DNA from: Tubulanus polymorphus
Lineage: Eukaryota; Animalia; Nemertea
Reading direction: 5' to 3'
Length of the DNA: 64,000 nt
NCBI RefSeq assembly: GCF_964204645.1
Contig: NC_134030.1
Coordinates: 7,979,122-8,043,121 of the forward strand
Of this stretch, positions 1 through 45,438 are shown in pieces. Position 1 is the stretch's first letter. Every line of letters starts with the position of its first letter. The position numbers and the translations under genes were made by a program. The notes beneath the pieces are model-generated. The model saw only the letters and a program-made list of their open reading frames with translations, was not told where the DNA came from and did not search any database.

Positions 1-764
1 CCACAGAAGACTCATTAGCAGATACGAGATAAAAGAGATCCACATTTGCAGCAAAGAGATTTTGTGTCTTGTATTGAAGTCTCATTTCAATCGTACCGTT
101 AAAAAGTGTCTGTTGAATTTTTATTTCGTTAGCCAACTCTTTACTGTATCCGCTTATTTCTATTGATTTTTCCATTAACCTTACCAGAAAACTTTCATAT
201 GAATGTTAGAATGCGGTTTATACAGCGAACGGCTAGAACGCTGCAATTACAACAAAATCGTTAGACGAATGAAACTGTTCAGAATCGGATAATACTTCTT
301 TTTAGACCGGGCGATGCTCGCAGAGATTTTTCCCGACAGAAATTCATCGTGCCTGGGTGTTGAAATATTAATGTTGTACTGTGGCGTAGAGGCTGGCGAA
401 TCGGATAAAACGCAAATGACTCGATATATTATAGATAAATCAATTTTGAATCGCGTAGTTCTAAATATCTGTCTGCATACATTTCGGTCGTCGTTCCGAT
501 CAATCGAATTTAATATACCGGGGGCATGTCTGGTGAAATATGAAAAACACGGCCCCGAGTCTCACGTAACTTATTTAATAAGCGAAAAACAATCGTTTAA
601 AGACAACATAACACGTAAAATCGAATCATCTGAAACAATCAATACAATTAAAATGGTCGCAGTACAAGTCGAGAAATATACGCAATATCCGTGTAATAAT
701 AATCCATTCAATACATGAGAGAAATCCCTCAATAATTCAGCCAAAGATGAACAGTTTTTTAGTA

Positions 765-848
765 GAAGTGTATATATTTGAGCGCCGTTTCGCGCCTGAT
801 GATGGCTAATAGTCTTTAGTTGAAACGTTGCTCAAATATATACACTTC
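765..848 (+). ncRNA. Minimal hammerhead-like motif enclosed by a 19-bp perfect inverted repeat
   Basis: CUGAUGA(796)-U-GGCUAA-UAGUCU-UUAGUU-GAAACGUU; inverted repeat 765-783 / 830-848. Confidence 0.45.
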
Positions 849-1718
849 CATTCAAGAAGCTTTCATTTTTGCCTGAATTATTGTTGGATTTTTCTCGCTG
901 AATTAATTGTGCAAATTTTGAAATTGAAAATTTCAATACGTCATTCGAAACGTGTTTCAACATTCAATTTTGAAAAATGTATCTCACAAGCTCGCATAGA
1001 ATTCCATTCAGTCACACACTCGGTCGTGCGGGAAATATTATCGTTAATAGTTTTTATCCTATTGATGATTCACGCCACCACAACATAATTTGAATGGATG
1101 GTTTAGTCCCATTTGATACCAGGCTTTCAGCGGTTAGTTAGCTATTATTATCAGGTAGAATTTCGTGCGTCTCAACCCGTTTATTTCCCCTAACGTATAA
1201 CGCAAAAATATCGCCTTAAACATAATTGACCATAATCGCACTAAATCTGAGTCGTTCGTCGCCCTTTTAACGTCAAATTGCGATACCCAACTTTCGAAGT
1301 TTTAGGTTCGCAGTATACGCCAACAAACTGAATGAGTAACAGAATAGTTAATTTTGGCGTGCAGTGTCGTAAAAGTTATTTTTTCGTCAGCAGTTGATGG
1401 ATTTATCAAAATGAAAAAAAAGAATACACGTAAGCCGCACAATCGGCAGATTACAACACGCGAAATGTGTTAATCGAAACTTTACATTATTGATGATGAC
1501 GTTTTTCAGGCTGTCTGTATTGGGACTAATCATCGACGCGTCATGAGCGAACGCGATCAATAAAACAGCGACACGGAAGCTAGTTTCTGTCGCTCTAGCT
1601 TTCCTATATTTCTATCGATAGGTGGCCGAAATCTCGTTTCTTTGCTGTAACTATTTTAGAACTTGTTGAACCTCTCAGCAGCTTCGCGATGAAATTTTTT
1701 ACAATTCAGAACCCTGGC

Positions 1719-1940
<222 letters not shown>

Positions 1941-3193
1941 TCGATGACGATGCTGGGCATTGTCGGCGTTTGGAATTTCTGGCTGATTTTGAAGTATGAA
2001 GATTGGATTACGCCTTGTACGCTCTGGTATCCCGCGCGCTCGCCCGCCGTCGGTTTGATGCTAAATTGGTCTTCATTCACGCTGTGAATTGCGTCTATAC
2101 TGATTGCTGCGTTTGGTGATTGCTACAAATTCGGTCTCGTAATGTACCACCGAATAAATCAGTTCAGTCCAATCAGCGATTGTGAAGGTGCTGTTTGTCG
2201 GAATTTCACTTGCGGTAAATACGGGAAAATTAACTCGAAAAATCGAGCCCGCGAACGAACCGGTGGTGCTTATCCGTAAAGTCGTTGCTAAAACGATGGT
2301 TTGATCTTATTCTGTATTTTCACCGCCGTCGAAGAAGAGAGTTATACCCGGCCGGTTTTCGAGATGTTGAATCAATTGTGCAATCTTCGCCGTCTCTTTT
2401 CGAAATTGGCTCCGTCGCCGGCAAGTAGGTCTGATTCACTTTTCTCATAAAATCGTCCATTCTCGAGAGCATATTCAATCTTGCGGACGGTTTTGACCTC
2501 AGTGTTCGATTATTCGCCCAAAGATTCGAATTATTGTATCCGCATTTGATATGGATGGCCATTGGATGGTAATGCAGTGGCCATTTACTGCACCGTACGG
2601 CTGTAATCGCCAATTTTATTGCCAGTTATAAGACGTCCGAGGCGGCTAATCTGCTAAGCATAAAATTGTCTACAGTTCGATACCTTTTGGGGATTATTGT
2701 TTCCCTGAGCGGTTTATGCCAAAAAGCTCTATGTACAAATAAAGGAAATTAGTAATAAAGCACAAGTAAAATAACATAGCTTGATACGTTTACTGAACCT
2801 AATTTCCTCAATAGCTTTTGTTCGACGCCGTTCGCCTTTCTTTATAAGATCGGTCCACCCAGTGACTGTAAATATACGAAGTCGTTGATTACTTGACGCG
2901 GTAAGGGGATTCATCTCTCCTGGCCGTGACGTCGCATGCAATCTTTTGCTCGTCCCGGGCGGCCGTCACCGCCCGACGTACGTATCTCATCGAGACGAGA
3001 CGCATGCAATAAGCCCGATAGAACCGCGCTATACCAGATTATAAAGCAGTTAATAATTTAGCTCGATATTAACGAACGACGGGACTTAACTATCTTTGAT
3101 TAAATGCGCACAAAATAATGGAGAATTGCTTTTCATATGTATATCGTATAGATCAAACGAACGACTAGCATCGCATTTTACGTAGTATGTAAA

Positions 3194-3196
<3 letters not shown>

Positions 3197-3273
<77 letters not shown>
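3197..3273. repeat. (AT)n microsatellite
   Basis: Uninterrupted AT dinucleotide run. Confidence 0.95.
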
Positions 3274-3276
<3 letters not shown>

Positions 3277-4735
3277 TATATCCACTTCAGACGCTGAAGG
3301 AGAGATCGATAGCTTCGGCGTTTGCTAAGAATTCTCTCTCGCTCGTTCAGCATGCATGATTTCATTCTTGACATAAGAGGAGAAACTTGCGATATCATAT
3401 TATATGCTACGCCAAAATATTTATGGACAAAGTACAATGCGTGTCTTCTCCTCCCGAGGCACAGACGCTTAGCTGGCTATGTATTCAAGATGGCCCCGAT
3501 CCAGCGTCCTTGGATAGGCTTATATATGCACTTAATGTACGTACTCGAACTGCGTCGTACGTTGTATATCGTTATCCGATAATCCATTTTCGAACGACAA
3601 GGGTTGCAAGAAAATGATAATTCTATTAATTACAATTGAAAAGTCAACGAACCGACAGTGCACCGAAATGCGATATTTACATCGGAGAAATATTGTCGAT
3701 ATTCCGATCAAGACGGATGAAGTCGATGTGCGCTACGTCATCGGTATTGACGTTTCAAAATAACAATTGCAATTGTGTATTATGGTGTTCATTTTGTAAT
3801 TGAATATATTTCATAACTCTTATTTCATATTCGATTCGAGAAATCATTTTTGAGAGGATATGCACTATCGGGCTAGACTGGTTGCCGGTCAATTCAATTC
3901 AATTTCAATATATTTAAATCCAAAATAACTTTATTGAGTCTCGATACTACATAATCTATATTATGTTATTTATTATCGACAATATTACGCAATATTATGT
4001 GCTATTTTTCAAGGCGTCAATAAACTTTTAAGCTAGTTTTCTTGTTCACTCTTTACGTTGCTTGGTAGTATTTATCATACCGTTGATTAAAACTACGAGG
4101 TTATTTCAGTTTATGAATCCGTGCCACCTTTTTCTTCCAGGGGAATTGCTGTTAGCTCGACTTGTAACGATCACGCGTAACCGTCTCAATGAGATCCATT
4201 ATTATATGCTTTTAGCTGCCACAATATTCCGCGTTATTCTATTTGCTTCGCATTATATTTTGATATCGATATTGTCGCTGCCTCGACGATGATGGATGCG
4301 AACGTATCCGGTTGCCGAAACCGATTTGAATTTCCTGCCGACACCTTTCACGATTCGCGCTAACACGCAGATCTCTCCTCCTGACGGCCCGGTATTCGTG
4401 GAAGCGAATTCGAATCCGATGAGACGACACTGGAGAACACTGCCTGTGTCTTGAAAGGGGATGAATTCTATTTGCAACGTGTGATTACAATGATGCGGCT
4501 TTTCGTGAGAATACACATTGTATATCTCAGCCAAAATGGCAAACTTTTTATTCAGTTTCCCCAAATCTCGACGATTTCCCTTAAGTAGCAATAGCTACAG
4601 TCTAAATAGTGGACTGGTGTGATAGAAATAAGTGACTTTACCAATTTCTAATTATATGATATCCATTTTGATTGATTATGTATTGCTATTTGATGGCGTT
4701 TTAAATCATCGAGCGCTTCATTGTGCAATCTATTC

Positions 4736-4947
4736 GGCTTATGAAAATTGATACCTTGTTTCTCATTTACAAGTTCACCCGGTCAGCCACCTATCTACCC
4801 TATATGTAACTTTCTGGCTAAAATCATGATCAGGGTAACAATAGCAGACCCGGCAGTTATAGAAACGAACTGATTACAAATTCTATTGCAGTTTACAAAA
4901 GTCACCCGGTCGATTATGAGAAACAGGGTATCATTTTTGTTTAGCCT
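4736..4947. mobile_element. MITE family A, copy 1
   Basis: TIR-like ends ggctt..aaaattgataccttgtttctc / gagaaacagggtatcatttttgtttagcc; the interior matches 46493-46700. Confidence 0.7.
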
Positions 4948-6560
4948 TACCGAAACAATTTATGAGATACTTGTGAATAGAATTGTTTGATGTACGTACT
5001 GCCCTGTCTGGCAACAGTGACCAGACCGTTGACTCTGTCAAGATGTCGGACGTGACTCAGATGTCAATACCGCGACTGGACAAACAAGGTTTCTTGTTGC
5101 GGCTGATGTGTCTAAGCCGAACACAGCCGAAACATCGTGACCTATTTCAGGTTCATATGCGTAACTCGCTATATCCGATAATGGAGTCAGTAAGCCACGC
5201 TGACCGTCTTCTGATGTCCTCAGTAATGAATATACTAGGAATGTCATTTTCATTGCTCTTATATCCACATGGCTGACTAGTACGTATAGTGAAGTATATC
5301 TATTTGTCCGTAATGATTCATTTCGATTCCGTCAACAGTCAGTTCCGAGTGCGTAACCTAATAATCTCTTCACGTATAAGTTTCCTTGGAGAAGATACGG
5401 CCAACTTACAGAATATGAAAAAAATCGCTTGCTCAATCGCGGCGTGAAAGCGTACGATTTGATATCGAACGGTTTTAAATAAATATTAGGCCAGTACATT
5501 CAAAGGTTTATTAGTGTATTGAAAAGATTCTGAAATTGTCACTTTTCGTAGACGATTTCCCCTAGAAGGCAGTGGATCTCGACGAAAAATTAAATTTCGA
5601 ATTATAGGAGAACATTTTCGATTTTAATGTCGAGATAATAACACGATATGAAATCGGCAAAACTTGTTATTAATCGTTAATGAATTTGATGTAATAGATA
5701 ATAACTCGACATAGAATCGGGAAAACTCGAAAAAAATCAAATTTTTTTGTACATGATGTCCCCAGGACGTTTCCTATGATATCATATCAACTAACGAAAC
5801 ACCGAGATCGCATCGATGATCATGAGGCTCGCGATACAACCTTCAATGGTTAAATGCTGTATGGAATATGCCTTTAGCTGAATATCATCCTGTTATTGGG
5901 TTGAGCATAGTCATTAACTGTTGCGTGCAATACAAAATGGCCGCGCATCTATTCATCATTTGTTGATTAACGATAATGTTTAAAAAGGACTTGCAGTTAC
6001 GTTAGGTTACCAGGAAAGGTCAAAATGTCCGCGCTAGATTTAACAGGCAAGTGTAATCCAAATTAGCTGCTTTTTATTTGTTCGGTGTGGACGTTGGAAA
6101 AGATGCGTACGTGTAATTTACCCCAAGACGAACGGCGAACATGAACTTTAGTTCAGCGAGAGTCATGGTGCCAATCTGCGTACAAGCAGCGAACTTTAAT
6201 TTTGCCATTTATGAAACATAATCTCAGTCACTAGAATACCTTTAACCACCTGTGAAAAGGCGTCTAGTTCATCTTCTTAGTAAGACAGATAAATTATTCA
6301 TACCCGATCAAAGACAACTGCTTACGTTCAAGATGGCGACCAATTGGTCTACAACGTGGCGTATCGGTACCGGGATTCTTGCCGTTATTTTGTCAGGTCT
6401 TACTGTATATGTGGTGTCAAGTGCATTCATTACGGTACGACTTGCCTATAAGAAACCCTGTGGGTATACATTATATGCTTCGATATATACTTAACAACAT
6501 GTCATGTATTTTTCAGATACCATTGCATGATGCTGTGAACGGGAATGGTTGCAAGGCAGT

Positions 6561-40025
<33,465 letters not shown>

Positions 40026-42571
40026 ACCTCTTAGAGACAAAATAGTGGTTCGAAAATATTCGCATATCGTAACCGTTGAGTTTGGGACATACAACTCGAT
40101 TCTTCAGAGCTGCGAAATTCGCAACGTAAGAGAAAAAACAAGACAAAGCAGCGATGAAGATCGTCCGCAGTTGACGTTTAGATATGATATTACGGTCCAG
40201 ATACGACAAAACGCGATCGAAAAAAGATACTGACTGATCGAAATCGAAAATTCCCGATTGTCGCATTCAAAACAGGGCCAACCTTACCGCAACTGGCATG
40301 CCAGGTATTATGTCGAGTGCTTTAGAAAATCTAATAATCCCTGTACAGGAAAAACAAGTATCGTCGCGCGGAATAAGATGAGAAAAATAGGCCATTTTCG
40401 TATTCAACGCATTCCTGGTATATCCGATGCGTCGATGGAACGGTCTCTTAACGGCTTACGAGTTCCAGAAATAAGATGTAATCTTTGCATTAGGTGCTAG
40501 TGTATAAAGCGATGCTTATCATGTACGTAATATCAAATTCGTTTGATGATTTTCTAGTAATAATGCATAGTGTTTAGTATAAGATTCGCATTTAAAATCT
40601 TGAAAACAAATTCCAACTCCAAGTAATCACGCGGGTTACTCTGAGCAAGACTTAATCTTACTGTCTAAAATATCATTTAGGCTAAAGAAAAGCAATTCCC
40701 GAATACGGTCGATAGTTATCCGGAATACAAAATGCTTCATTGGCCTTGTATCAGGTTTATGGATTATGGTATGCCGACACGAGGTGTCAAGGGTGTATTC
40801 ATTCTGGTCGAAACGAACGCACCGGAAGAGTATTCGAGAATCGATCGTAACCCGCGTAATATTCTAGGAATGTCGCTATTCGGAAATCGTCGGGTTAAAC
40901 CCAACTTGGAAATCCCGTTACGTTCTTCTTATCTAAATACGAAAGTTGTACTTTCAAACTCGCCGTGAAAAATGTCGACGAGTGGGTGACAGTTGTGGCA
41001 CGATCAGCGGATGTGCCACAGTCGTGTCTACCGTATCTGATGGTAAGACGCGTAGATTTCTTGTGTTAATAAAACATACTTATTTCTTTCTTACGATATT
41101 TTTTCTACTTGATTTTGTAACCTACACGTATATATCGGTGATGAGTGTGGGTATTGGGTATCAGGGATATATCAGTGGTATTTTGTAGCCAGATTCTGGT
41201 TCTATAGACTCGGTGTACTTACCTTGACCTCGTGACCCCAGTTTTACGCTGCTTTGATATTTAGATTGCAACTTTCAAGGGGCTTAAAACGTGATAGCAT
41301 TTATCAGATTGACAGCTACATAAGTAGTCGGTCTGTAAAATCGGCTCCACCGTTAATTCAAACAGCTTTAATGCAAGGGCTAGTAAGTTTATAGACTTCG
41401 ATTTCGACTGAGGAACCGATCCAAGTATTTCGATTTCCCTAATATCAGATGATTTTTTATCAAATCATAAATTTGTTGAAGTTGTCTCCGTTTTACTTTT
41501 GAAAAAAAAATACAGCAGATAGTCCGTTATTTCCTGTTTGACGTGTGTAAAACGAGTAAATTTTAAGGACACTTTTTGTATATTAAGCTTAAAAATCGGT
41601 TATGAAGTAACTTGAACATGAAATTAGTCGTTGCATTCAAATTAAAGTATTGTAACGATGATGTATAATGTATAGAAGAATATGATGTGTTAAATAGTTG
41701 CAAAAGAGGGAAAATAGAATTTTAAATGAAGACTGTATAAATATTGTGATAATATACGAATCCTTTTTGTTTTTTCTTTTGATGCGCTGTAGTTCAATGA
41801 TGATTTGAGGCCTATTTGAAATTTTCTAAATGGTGTAACAAATGAAACTGGTCTAGTAGGCGCTGGTACGTTAATGGATCCTGCGACGCTATTTTCACAA
41901 GGGGTGGTAGCAGACTCGAGGCCAATACACCTCCACCTTGCGATGCGATGCACCCGTCAGCACAGGTACACTGCTAATCTTTATCAGTCATTAGAGCGGC
42001 TTTGGTTAAAGCCGCTTACGACAGGGAGTAACGCCACGGTCGTCGACCCTAAAGACTCTCCAACGATTTATTGTTGTAAATCTGATACGTCCAATGCGTT
42101 CGAACTTATATTAGCGCAGCGCAAGATGCGCTCGTTTGCGGGCGCCTTTACGATAAACAGTGAAACAGCGGATGCCAACCTTAACAACTGAGTGAATTTT
42201 TTGATAGAAGGGTTGTTTTAATGAGCATGTTTTTTGTCTATAGTTTTCGATTGTTCTCTTTAGTCCTATGCCCTCTTTGAATGAAGTGCAATACCTATAA
42301 ACCTATTCATATCCAAGCGATGTTCTTGAGGACAGCCAAGCTATATCAAAAATGTGCCAGTTTTTCACTCAACCGACTAATCGATGTGAAATTAACATAT
42401 TGTATTGGCTATATATAGTTTCACGATGATAAATGACACCAATAAAGACGTGACCAGGTGCCATCGCACACGAGAACTTACGTACGATGGAATAGGATAT
42501 GTCTTTACATATACATGGTGAATAGAAGAAGGAACGGAGATACAGATTAGTCACATATCAATACCATGTAT

Positions 42572-42960
42572 TAGGAGCTGTCCTTAAAAGATGTCCAAGG
42601 TGTACTTAAGTGGACGAGGGTGCGGGGTTGTTTTTTCTTCCTGATTAATTCCTTTAAACCAGAACAAATCATTTAGTGCATTTCATGGATCTTCAACTTC
42701 GATGAGAAATAGCTCGCATAATATATGTTTACAAGATAATGTAAGGAATAACGAACTGTAGTTCAGAGTGAGCAATAAATGATTAAGTGAATGAAAAAAA
42801 AAAAATTATTTTGCATGACATGACTCCGTCTTTAATTTATTTATGTCCGATGGGCGAGGGGTAGGGGGATTATTCTAATGGGGAGATTCTGTGAACATGG
42901 GATAGGCAGGGAGTCAAAATTTTGCAATGTTGTGTGGACATCTATTATGGACAGCCCCTA
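42572..42960. mobile_element. MITE (Harbinger/Tourist-like TIR)
   Basis: taggagctgtccttaaaagatgtcca / tggacatctattatggacagccccta. Confidence 0.7.
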
Positions 42961-43202
42961 CGCAATATTATCACCTCAAACATCTGCCGATATTGAGTAG
43001 GTGTTTGAGATAAATGTAGCACTGAAGCCACACTATTGTTTGTGAAGATGATTAGCATTTGTAAAGTGTTTTTAAACGTCTAGTCTAACCGCAACTGCTA
43101 GAATATTGAAAACACCTGATCGCGACCACAGCACCGGAGACTCGAACACATATAAGACGAACATAGGACGAATATACCACGCTTTACTTAAGCACGTTGA
43201 AT

Positions 43203-44493
43203 ATGAATGGATTGATCGTTTTTGTGAGTAGCTTATGTCCGATCATACTTTCAAACCGTGTTTTCGCAGCATCATCGCTAGGAAATGATGCAATTTTTAT
43301 AATCTTAATTGTTGCAATTTCATATCGAAGGGCTTTATCTTCGTTGCCGCTTTGGCTGGTGCATTGGCAGAATGCGAAGATGTGAGTATTAGGTTGGTCA
43401 CCATCCCCGTCGTGTGGCCGGTGTCAATTGATTATAGACAGAGAACGACGGGTTTAACCATGGACTCTAAATCGAGTCCATGGAGTTCGAACGCGTTTAC
43501 TGGTCCATGTTGTAGTCCGAGACCACAATTATTTATGCTCGAACTTTTATGTAAATGGGGCGTAACGCATGACTCTGTGTATTTGTAAATTGTGTTTCTT
43601 CGATTAACTCACCTATCGTTTGATTTTCAACATGGCCGCTCTCAAGAATCGGTGTGAACCGGATGGATCTTGCGACAAAGAAACATGTGAGGTTCCTACG
43701 GGTAAAAAGCTTTCCAAATTCTGTTCAGAAATTCTTTTCGGCGAGTCGGCGAGGTTTTATAGTAACTTCGAATGAAATAATTTCGATTCAGAAAGTGGCC
43801 TTCGAACATGTCTGGAGATTGGTGATAAACCCGATGATAATGATTGCTCCGACGAATGCCAAACAGACGGTAAAACATTGATTTGATCTGTTATTTTGTT
43901 TCATTCTTTAAAGTCTCCATTCAGGCAGGGGTGGATCCATGAATGTTGTTAGAGGGGTTCCATGCTTATTCAAATGGCCGCAAATTGTTTAGAATTTGCC
44001 TCTCTGAGACGCAATCTGATGTATATTGATGGGGATATAAGCTGAAGTACGTACGGTGGATTGCTAGGCTTATACAATAAATACATTTCCCGATTCTTTC
44101 TTGAGGCATTTAGGGGAGTTCACCGGCAATAAGTTAACCCCTGGATTCGCCCCTGTACAGTGGTTATGGACCCATAGTTTTAATAAAAAGAGTTATATTC
44201 AATGTATTGCTGAACTTGTGGACCCTGTGGTTTATCTCCCCGCAGTCGATTGCCCGGCTGATGACGAATGCTGCAAAAGCCCGTGCGGGAACAGGTGCGA
44301 AAAAGCTCTGAGGATACCGACTACCATGGAAACCGGACGCTGTCCACCGATCAGGGGTGGCGCGTGCACGTACGATCACGGAGAATGTATCGAAGACAAC
44401 GACTGCCCGGGTACCGAGAAATGTTGCCCGATCAATTGCGGTACGACTAAGAACTGCGCTGAAGGGGTCGTCATTGAAATTCTTAACGATTAA
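43203..44493 (+). CDS. Secreted acidic double-WAP (four-disulfide core) domain protein, perlwapin/WFDC/waprin-like
   Basis: Exons 43203-43223, 43331-43381, 43647-43701, 43792-43869, 44246-44493. Product: MNGLIVFGFIFVAALAGALA (signal peptide), a 4-Cys segment, and two 8-Cys WAP motifs (ECQTDVDCPADDECCKSPCGNRC; ECIEDNDCPGTEKCCPINCGTTKNC). TATAA at 43151, AATAAA at 44498. Confidence 0.8.
43928..44155. mobile_element. MITE family B in the last intron of the WAP gene
   Basis: caggggtggatcca ... tggattcgcccctg. Confidence 0.65.
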
Positions 44494-45438
44494 ACTCAAT
44501 AAAAGAATCATTGCATTATTATGGTATATAAACTATTTCTTTTATTTTATGCCTACTCGAAAGTAGGCAAATGTATAACGGTCAATAATCATGTTGTTGA
44601 TAATATAGTTGATATATAGATATCATACCATTATAAATGAAAAGTACTTAAAGACAACGACGAATTGTCAAATATCACTACCTGGGTATGTATAGTCCGG
44701 TAGTCTTGCTTGTTACCCAAAAAGTTATGAAGAGAAAAATATACATTCATGTTTCAGAGATTATCCTGATTGTATTATGACCCAACAACTTTCCCCAGTC
44801 ACACGGGTTGTTGCAAAACTGGCTCTCTCCGCTAGATGGTGCGAGTAAAAAGCGATGCTTAACAGTAAGGTGAATATATTCCTTTCTGCCGAACTCTTTT
44901 CTAATAATTCATTTAGTTTTAGTATATTTGATTTGAAAAATATAGATATCGAATCGGAGGGTTTATCGCCGCGGAGAAGACTTCGCACTAGCGAACCAAG
45001 CAGTTCTTTGGCCGGTTGCCACTCTTATCATGCACTACTCTTATCTTGGACGGTCTTAATCCACATACGCACTTGGTCGATAGTATTTCATTCAATCTAT
45101 GGGTAATGTTTTAGAAATGTCGATATCCTTACACATTTTCATTATTCTAAACTATTTCACGCACAATATACGTATTTAGTAGTAAATGGCTCTATATATA
45201 AATAAACTATTTCATATATGAAACATTGTGAGGCCTTTCTAATGATAGTCAACGCGTAAGGGTAGGTCGAGTTGGATGGTTCTAGTTCAGGTAGTGATAA
45301 ATAGTGAAAAATGATCTCTGAAACACTATTTAAGAAGGGATCCTCGTTCGTAAGGAATCGAGCATGTATGTTTTTCGCAGATGATTCTCGAGGCGATCTG
45401 GTTCGAATCCCTGCGATAGATGATAGAACGAAGTTGCA

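Noticed and set aside
45395-45415. GGTTCGAATCCC tRNA T-loop-like strings (also 28782, 9761)
   Set aside because: No cloverleaf, acceptor stem or D-arm could be built; at most SINE remnants, not tRNA genes
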